NCBI GenBank assembly: GCA_964016885.1
Contig: OZ024750.1
Location: forward strand, 10,974,001 to 11,038,000
Source of the DNA: Eledone cirrhosa
Taxonomy: Eukaryota
DNA length: 64,000 bases
Direction of reading: 5' to 3'
The translations under genes and the position numbers were made by a program. The notes beneath the pieces were generated by a model, which was given only the letters and a program-made list of their open reading frames with translations, did not search any database and was not told where the DNA came from. The number at the start of each line of letters is the position of its first letter. Within the stretch, counting starts at the first letter, position 1. Positions 54,711-64,000 of this stretch are shown piece by piece.

Positions 54711-54895
54711 ATTGGCAGTATCGGTAGAGGGTCGGACGCCATGCTTTGCAGCAAAGAGTTACGGCCCTTCACGTTCTGAGTTCAAATCCCGCCGAGGTAA
54801 ACTTTGTCTTTCATCCTTACGGGGTCAATAAAATAAAGTACGAGTAATGCACTGTGATAATTGCTGGCCTTGTGCCAAAAGAAGAAATAATTATT
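54711..54895 (+). mobile_element. SINE family 1
   Basis: Consensus match, slightly 5'-truncated. Confidence 0.9.
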
Positions 54896-56119
54896 GCTAA
54901 TGACGTATATAGCCTTGACGTTTTTAATTACATTCTGATAAATGCATAATAATTCATATTTTCTGACTAGCGTTCATGAAAAATTACCTTTTTGCTATTG
55001 ATATTTATATATTTACATGTATGAATATTTGAAATGTTTTTAAATAGTTGTAAATTATCTAGACATCCGTCAAATTGTAACGAATTCGGCGAATATTTAA
55101 ATTTCTGTTGAAATATGATTACAATTGTTATTTTTACCCGATTGATAATTGACACACCAATGATTCATTAAAACATTTTACAAAAGTTTTAAAAGTCTTT
55201 TTATTTACACATCGTAGTCCAAGAAGCTTTCACTACGTTGTGATTTCTGGTTAGTCTTCTTCATAATAACAATCTACACGATCCTGAGTTCCGAGTATTT
55301 GCAATTTCGATCTTTAACATGTTATTTAACTTACTCATGATCATATACACAAGTGAATTATTAATAATTCCATATGTTATTTCAGTGTGTGTTTGGTTGG
55401 AAGCCAAATTGTGTAGTTGCTTACTGATCATTAATTCTATCACCACTAAAGTGAAATGTCTGCCAACTCATGTGATTCCTTCTCGCAGAAACAACTTTAT
55501 GCCCTAAGCATAACAACAGAAGAACCATAAATATGAAATATTTCTAGATTCATTGAAATAACCTAAACGCTAATAACTCCCATTGTGAATTGGTGGTTTC
55601 CTGTTTTTATAATGGTTATAATAGATATGTTAATGCCTGTAAGAAAAGATAGGATTGAAACCATACAAAATCGATGCCACACGAAGAATCAAAGCATGCA
55701 TATGGTTGATCTAGTTACTGGGCTGTTGAACCTAACGACCAAACACTACAGACTTGCTAGAATATTATGTTTGCGATGAGGGATATTTGAATCACATGTT
55801 TGTGATAAGGGATATTTGAATTAAAAGGAAAGGAATACTGTTTATTAAACGTATGCTTTGTTATTACGCAATTCTCAGTTTACGCCCTCATTTTATATAA
55901 CATTTTGTAAAGGGCTACACTTTCTTAAGGATGATATGTCCTACTAACATATACATTAAATAGAAGTAGTTAACTAAATTTTACCTGGAATCGAAGTACC
56001 AGGTTTTATTATTATAATTCATAGATATTTATTTCAGCACTTAATTCAGTCTAGGACACGGCCCCGAGATACTTGAATTTTTCCACCTGCTCAGTGGTAC
56101 TTCATTCACATGAATAGGA

Positions 56120-56368
56120 AAGAATACTATCGCGAATAAAAGCAAGCGAAATGAGGTTCCTTCGAAGGGTCTTTGGGGTAACGTTACTCGATAAAGTTTT
56201 TAGCTTGGAAATCAGAGTTACACTAAGTAGATTCGCTACGTCTCCGAATTGAGAAACCACAAATCCGATACTATAGGTATGTGGTTAGCATGTCTCAGGA
56301 AAGAATCGCTTGACAGATTTTACGGGCAACACCAACTGACAGGAGACCAGAGGTAGACCACGAGAAGG
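56120..56368 (+). mobile_element. RTE-clade LINE ORF2 C-terminal remnant
   Basis: LSRIKASEMRFLRRVFGVTLLDKV...EIR, LRIEKPQIRYYRYVVSMSQER and RRP.RGRPR across frameshifts. Confidence 0.8.
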
Positions 56369-57178
56369 ACATCGAACAGAAGAAAGAGAGAGGGTAGAGA
56401 AGAGGAGAGAAGGAGATATCTAATAGGTTTTCTTTATGTTCGAATTTCCTCATATTTTCTGACATAATATATTATAGTTTAATCTCACATCAATTCTTTT
56501 ATTAAACATCTGCAGCTCCATCTAAATAAAATTTCCTTATATGTGGATATTTCATTCAGCTAGAAAGTAATCAACTGTGAAGATGAGTTATTAAGTTATA
56601 CAAAATCTATAGAAACACATGATATAGAGAGTCTTCACTCCGTGTTTATCATCTATCTTTTATCATTAAACTCTGATTACTTTTTCTTTAATATATCTTC
56701 TATATTCAATGTGTATGAGAATACAAAGAAACCAGTTTCGTCTTTTAAATAATGTCAGTTTAAATACGAAATTATTATTTAGCATGAAGCAAATATTGAC
56801 GTTATTAATAAGGCGACAACATTGAATGCCATTTCAATTAAAATCATTTTAGAAAAGAGTATTTTGATTAGATTAAGTTAGTCAAATTAATCACATCCCA
56901 TGATTAGATTATTCTATTGTATGCTGCATTAAGTTTGACAAATTTTCTTTATTGTTAGAAACTTGTCTGCCTATATTAGTAGATAATTGTTCGTCTATAT
57001 TAATTAAATTCAATATTTACAGCCAGATTTGGTGACACTGTTCACCACGCTTTAGTCATCTTCGTTGGAATTAATATATATTATAACCACATGTATTAAG
57101 TGGATGTGTACACATCTACTAAAAAGTGGCCAACACATTGTTGAGATTTAAATTCGGTTTAAAACATGGATACGAGCA

Positions 57179-57349
57179 CCGTATTTCCCGGCGCCGAAGG
57201 CGCTTCGTCCCCGAGGACGCACTCTAATTTTGACAACCAAAAATTCGAAAAAAAAATGATAAACAACGTTCGGCCTACAGGACGCATGGTAGATTTTTGA
57301 AACTTATTTTAGGAAAAAAAGTAGCGTGTTCGACGTCGGGGAAATACGG
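57179..57349. mobile_element. Tc2/pogo-type MITE
   Basis: TIRs CCGTATTTCCCGGCGCCGAA and TTCGACGTCGGGGAAATACGG; TA on the right flank, CA on the left. Confidence 0.75.
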
Positions 57350-57400
57350 TATATATCAACATCCGAGATCTAATGCCACGTAGATGTTATTCTGCTTTAA

Positions 57401-57617
57401 CCCTTTAGCATTTAAACCGGTCATATCCGGCCAGAATTCTCTCACTTCTCTCTGTTTAAACCGGCTGTAACTGGCCATTTATACTGATGTTAAAATATTG
57501 CTCTAAAAAAAAAATCAAAATCTCATAAAATCGATATGATGTGAGACAATTATGTAAGGTAAAGCCTTTACCATAAAAATACAATAATAAATATAGAGTA
57601 ATGTAAATGCTAAAGTG
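57401..57617. mobile_element. piggyBac-type MITE
   Basis: TTAA-CCCTTTAGCATTTA ... TAAATGCTAAAGTG-TTAA: TTAA TSD and 14-bp TIRs with one mismatch. Confidence 0.8.
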
Positions 57618-58877
57618 TTAAAAATGTTTTGTTAGCCAATCAAGTATTAATAACATAAAACTTGACTTTTGATAAACTTCAATTTACATATCATATTTTG
57701 TTGAAAACACATATTCAGAAATTATGTGATATATGTATATCTTTTGACACTATTAATACTGGCAACCATTGCATGTAGCTAATTCAAAATATACGTGTTT
57801 AAATTTACATAAAGTAATTCCTATTATAATAAATATTGAATTCAAATTATTAAATAAACGACTACAAACAATTATTATTCTAATGTATTCATACAATATG
57901 ATCCCCCCAAAAAAGAATCCATTGACAATTTCATAAAGCGTTTCTGATAATATTACATATCGATATTTCAGACATTCAAACATTTTTCTCATACTATTTT
58001 TTCAATCTATTTTTTCATATTTATTTATTTAATCAATCTAAATATCTATATGTAGCTAGTAAGCCACGACGGACCACGGGAGGTATCTAGTAACTCTTAC
58101 AGTTAAGAAAAAATGAAAGATATGAAGAGATAAAAACAGGAAAAGAACAACGGGAGGTAATAGAAGAATAAAATCAGAAGATAAAGAAAAATAGGAAACA
58201 AGGAAAGTTGTAAACCTGCTGAAACCTTCTGTTATTGCATCTTTTCGTAGCCTCCTTCCTGATGATATTTAAATATGGTGGTTTACACAACACACATTTG
58301 TTATACACAAATTACTTGAGTGGTTTATACAAATACTATTTTATTTTAGCGGGGAAAAACAATATATACTCGTATCCATATATTTAACAATAAGAAGAAT
58401 TCAAAGAGCATATATATTGTGATACACAATTGAAAGAGTTGAGTTATATATTTATTGAAACATTGATGTATACATATTAGATTTCGTTGTTATATAAGTC
58501 AGCAATATTTGCATTAAATTTTTCTTTGTTTGCAGTATTTATTTTTAACAGAAATAAAGTATAGCTTGATACCGTTAAGTGAAAAATGGCACAAATATAT
58601 TAAATGTCTCTTATGCTAGTTTCAATAAAATAAATGTAATATTTATATTGACGTGTGATCCAACTGTTCACTGTGAATCCTCTGAGAGGATGATTGTATT
58701 GAAAGACTTATAAACGTAAGAAAACGATGAAACAATAAAATATATGGAGTTCAGTTACATTTCTATAATAGACACGGTTCCACATTATTCTGGTTTTGTA
58801 GAAGTATCACTTCTATTCGTCAATAGACAAAAGCACATTGTGTGTGTGTGTGTTAGTGTGTGTGTATACACATACAA

Positions 58878-59063
58878 GTGTGCATATCTATCTATATAGG
58901 CAGTGTAACGCGGAGTTACTGTAGTTACTACCACAGAGGTTCGACAAGCCATTGATTACAGAGCCGGGCTAGATCTATAGAGATCGAACCTTGAGCTGAT
59001 CAATAGCGAAACGCGCGTCACAACCAATAAACTTAATAAAGGAGTAACCATTCGTCCTTATTT

Positions 59064-59068
<5 letters not shown>
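58878..59068 (+). mobile_element. family H cassette with HHR 3' half
   Basis: TGA-GCT-GATCAAT-AGC-GAAA-CGCGCG-TC at 58992-59019, AATAAA downstream, ends in (TA)n. Confidence 0.5.
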
Positions 59069-59128
<60 letters not shown>

Positions 59129-59966
59129 ATTATGTTTACAAACGAAATGCAACCAAGACCTAATGTAGAAGTTGAGTATTTATATTCCCAATTTTAGCTA
59201 CCTCCATACTACCACCAGTTTCAAGGCGAAAGCATGTCTAAATTACCAGATTCATTCGAGAAAAATAACACAAGATGGAGAATCGATTACCGAGTTAGCT
59301 AACACGGTGTTACTCTGGTGACAGCAAAATGTTGGCGCAGTTCAAAACAGAAGCTGAATTGTAGTATAGTAATGCAGAGAATTAAAGAAAAACGAAAATA
59401 GTAAAAACGATAAAATATAAATTGATAATAGATTTCCAAAGAAATGCGTGACCGACGGCAAGCGGCAAAAAAACCCTACATGGCCAATATGAGACAAATA
59501 CGTTAATCCTAAAAACCGAGACTACTGGATTCCCATACAGTAATGTCATATCTTTGTTCCATAAACAATAACAGTTCTCTCTATATATATATATATCTGT
59601 TTCTCTCTCTCTCTCTCGTTTACTCACTCTCTCTCAATCCCTTTCCCTCTTCATTCTTTGCTTGACAGTCACTTATGTTTGCATAATCAAGAACATATTA
59701 TGCAAAATCTCATATGCATATATTTAATGCACATTTGACAGTTATTTGTAGCATGACATTGGTAATATATAGTTGGGAATCTAATCAAAACTATTTCCCT
59801 GTGTGGTGTTACAAAAGGTCAAATCAAATAAATAATCAAGGGAAACCACTTTGCATTTAATGACAAAAGAACATTATACTTAGTGACACGTACGGATTAT
59901 AATTAATTTAGGAATAGTTTGCGAATGAATTGTACAGATGAAAGGAGAAAACACCACAAAAGCCTG

Positions 59967-60002
<36 letters not shown>

Positions 60003-60094
60003 TATACAACATTCACACACACACACACACATATATAAACAACATTCAGACACATACACACACACATATATATATATATATACAACATTCAGAC

Positions 60095-60127
<33 letters not shown>

Positions 60128-60138
60128 ACATTCAGACA

Positions 60139-60189
<51 letters not shown>

Positions 60190-60193
<4 letters not shown>

Positions 60194-60838
60194 TTATATC
60201 CACACAACATTTAGACACATGCACACACACATATATATATTTATATACACACATTTAGACACATGCACACACACATATATATATTTATATACACACAACA
60301 TTTAGACACACACACACATATATATATTTATATACACACATTTAGACACATGCACACACACATATATATATTTATATACACACATTTAGACACATGCACA
60401 CACACATATATATATTTATATACACACATTTAGACACATGCACACACACATATATATATTTATATACACACATTTAGACACATGCACACACACATATATA
60501 TATTTATATACACACAACATTTAGACACACACACACATATATATATTTATATACACACAACATTTAGATACACACACACACATATATATATTTATATACA
60601 CACAACATTTAGACACGTGCACACACACATATATATATTTATATACACACAACATTTAGACACACACACATATATATATATTTATATACACACAACATTT
60701 AGACACACACACACATATATATATTTATATACACACAACATTTAGATACACACACACACATATATATATTTATATACACACAACATTTAGACACATGCAC
60801 ACACACATATATATATTTATATACACACAACATTTAAA
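60190..60838 (+). repeat. minisatellite of ~39-44-bp units
   Basis: Roughly 15 units of (CAA)CATTTAGA-CA(CATG)CACACACA-TATATATA-TTTATATACACA. Confidence 0.9.
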
Positions 60839-60839
60839 C

Positions 60840-60850
60840 AGAGAGAGAGA

Positions 60851-60906
<56 letters not shown>

Positions 60907-60961
60907 AATACAGAGAGACAGAGAGAGAAAGAGAGAGAGAGAAAGAGAGAGAAAGAGACAG

Positions 60962-60992
<31 letters not shown>

Positions 60993-61025
60993 AAGAGAGA
61001 AAGAGAGAAAGAGAGAAAGAGTGAG
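60840..61025. repeat. (GA)n microsatellite
   Basis: Visible runs. Confidence 0.95.
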
Positions 61026-61665
61026 AGGTAGCGATCTGGTGTTAATAGCTTCAATATGCTGATGATCATTTACCTTGCCTCTTCCAACAGACATAGGAGT
61101 GTTTACTACAATGAAAGAAATTCGTGTAACTTAATAGGAATCAATATAATACATTTAAACACTTTCATCTCACCATTGATACATTTCCATACATCACAGA
61201 TATAAATCCGTGTTAAAATTGAAATCATATTGCAGATATATATCGCGTCTATATAAGTTCCTATTTCATTACCGGAGATGAACAGGTCTCCATACACCTG
61301 ATATGAAAGGTTAGCGCCATGGAAATAATGTCCTGTTAAGCCAATTGTTGCTTTGAATAGTATTGAGGATAGCGAATGCTGAGTTGTGGGCCAATTTGAT
61401 GGTTTGAGATCAGAGCCCTCTCTATTCCACTTTTCTGCTCAGTCACCGATCAGCACCCATCAAGGAGGTAAATATTTGTTTGCAAAGGAACCTCAGCTCT
61501 GATGTTCCCGTCATGTTTAAAAGAGTAGTTTATTTTGTATTACATTTTTCAATGTAGGAATAAAAGGAAAAATACTTTAATGAGTGATTTGATACAAAGT
61601 TTGCTATTTCTAGCAGACAAAAATAACAACTTTGGGAACAACTCGTTGACTAGTATTGCGTGTTC

Positions 61666-61717
<52 letters not shown>

Positions 61718-63070
61718 GTGTGTGTGTGTGTGTGTGTATGCGTGTGTGTGTGTGTGTATGTGTGTATGTGTCTGTGTGTGTGTGTGTGACTGTCTTCGCT
61801 AAAGTTTAGTCTGTAACTAATATTATATAACAGTATTTTAACAGTAAAATTATAATATCTTTTCCATGCCGGTTTAGACAATACCATTAAGTGTTATTAT
61901 ATGATCCATTCCATAGTGAATGTGATGATATCATTTGGATAAACATAACTAGATAGTCTGCCATTCCTGCAATTCAACAAGTATCTACAATTTCTCCCAC
62001 AACAAAAAGATTGATAACAAACATCAATTAGTTTCATACAAGAGTGTATATCAGGAAATAAATATTTAAAATATAATAACGAAAACGCAATTCCTTTCAG
62101 TTAAGCTGTGCAACTGAAATTATTTCCTGTGTGTAATTTAATCTACATCACCCCCGATGACTGGTATTGTATATCTTATTTCAAGGATTATGTATTTGCC
62201 TCCATTAGCTTCAGATGGCGCCACTGTTTTCTACGATAGTGATATTGCTTGGAAGCTGTAATACTTCTTTTCTATCTTTTATACAATTATTTCCTCTCAA
62301 TGAGCATAAACTAGCTACACTTTCTCAACTGTGATCCTATAATATAATGAAAATAAACAATAATATAAATATAAATGCATTATATTTCATTTGTATTTTG
62401 AAATAACTTTGAACTCATAGCCATATGTGTACTGAATTAAAGGTTTTATGAAAAAAAGAAACTATGGTTGAAATTTGTTCTTCATCTCCATCTTATTCAT
62501 TATATTTATTGTTGATACGAAAAATCTCACGTGATTCACTCTCTCTTTTTCACAAAGAAATCCTTGCTTAACTTCATTTATATTCTAAAGTTTTCTTCCA
62601 TAGTTTATCCCCCTTACTTTCCCTTTCTCCCACTCTCTCGATTAATATGTGTACGTCTCTGCCATATTACAATAATTTTCGCTTCTGTACACAATTTTCT
62701 GTTAAACGTTTTAATCTAAGTTTCCCATTTATACCTAAGGATCAGATGATCAGATTTTTTTTATCGCCTGTCCTGTTTTATTTTTTTACTACACGAAATA
62801 TATTAGAGAATATAAAAACACAATATTTATATTAATTCTTTAAGCTAAAAAATACACGTCCCTTAAATTTTCTCTTTCACATTTCAATAATTCGTTATAT
62901 TTTAGAAACATATCAGTAAAAATATTCCTACAGATATGTTGTGCACTAAAACATGGGTGTGTAAACCTCTGATAATGATGAAGTACATTAAACCAATTGT
63001 CAAACCGATGAGAAACATTCATATGCAAAAGATGTTTATATGCATAAAGTATTCATTATTTAGTCCTAAG

Positions 63071-63260
63071 GGCGGTGGATTGGAAGTATCGGTAGAGGGT
63101 CTGACGCCATGCTTTGCAGCAAAGAGTTACGACCCTTTATGACGTGAGTTCAAATCCCGCCGAGGTTAACTTTGCCTTTCATCCTTACGCGGTCGATAAA
63201 ATAAAGCAACAGTAATACACTGGGATCATTGCTGGCCTTGTGCCAAATGTAGAAACAATT
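63071..63260 (+). mobile_element. SINE family 1 with TSD
   Basis: Consensus match; ATTATTTAGTCCTAAG on both flanks. Confidence 0.9.
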
Positions 63261-63584
63261 ATTTAGTCCTAAGAACTATAACATATATTGAAACTGAAAA
63301 TAATGTCTAATTGTAAATCTACTCAAGGTAGAGTTGATGTGCAAGTCCTGATTTTAATTTCATAATATCTAACAAAATATTTGCAGTGAACTCACAAATG
63401 AGAAGAAAGCAACACCTTAATTTCCAATCATTTTAATTATGTCTATTAATGTTCCTAATTCTAATCGTAAAGAAGTCGAATTTATTTTTCTCTTTACTTT
63501 CATTTTGTTACGAAAATTTACAACAAAGGATTTTACCTCCAATCATACCCTTCCACACGAAATAAAAAAAAATGAAAATGTCTA

Positions 63585-63790
63585 ATTTAAGCACAACATC
63601 AATAATTTTGGGGAGAGAAGGTGGATTACATTGATACTATTATTTGATTTTATACATTATTTTGTTGACTCTGAAAAGATGAAAGGCGACTTTAACCTGT
63701 GCTAGATGTCAACACAAAACGTAAAGAGCAGTTATCAAATGCCTCAAAGCATTTTAGGGTTGATGTTCTAATGAGATTGCCAATCCTAAA
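63585..63790 (-). mobile_element. very old SINE family 1-related copy
   Basis: AAGCACAA...TTTTGTTGACTCTGAAAAGATGAAAGGC...AAAGCATTTT...TGCCAATCC. Confidence 0.5.
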
Positions 63791-64000
63791 ACCCTCTATG
63801 AAGACGAAGCTGAGGTCTGAAAATATTCCATCATAGCTATGTTCAATATAACTTAGCTTGAGGCTAAACAACAAAACCATATACTAAGATAACAATGATG
63901 TTGTGTAATTGTATATTATACACCTGTTGGTTAATGTCAAAAGCCGCGAATGACTTTGAATGAAATATTTAAATTGGAAACAATTCTTATCTTCATTGAA

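Noticed and set aside
60190-60838. CRISPR-like regularly spaced repeats
   Set aside because: The spacers are microsatellite variants rather than unique sequences, there are no cas genes, and the context is eukaryotic.
62208-62226. CTCF/YY1-like motif CAGATGGCGCCAC
   Set aside because: A single partial match is expected by chance.

Overview
AT-rich, microsatellite-dense eukaryotic DNA that is intergenic or intronic. The (TA)n/(CA)n/(GA)n density and the SINE families suggest a coleoid cephalopod such as Octopus; this is inferred from recall, not from a search. No intact protein-coding gene is supported, and nearly all ORFs in the track are translated microsatellites. Recognisable elements are about 18 copies of a ~190-bp SINE (many with target-site duplications), a CORE-like tRNA-SINE, decayed fragments of RTE, R4/Dong and CRE non-LTR retrotransposons, a Tc1/mariner transposase remnant, a Tc2/pogo-type MITE, a piggyBac-type MITE, a probable LTR and a young minisatellite. 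The main signal is that most short unique-looking islands inside (TA)n runs are 100-500-bp non-coding cassettes from about 8 sequence families. They carry complete, variant or half hammerhead-ribozyme (HHR) motifs, and many are folded back into long inverted repeats whose turn-points lie in or next to the ribozyme. Two have a TATA box at canonical spacing from a predicted start. This matches Penelope-like element (PLE) pseudo-LTRs and points to a diverse set of microsatellite-targeting ribozyme/hairpin retroelements. All structures were read by eye and need folding, covariance-model searches and cleavage assays.
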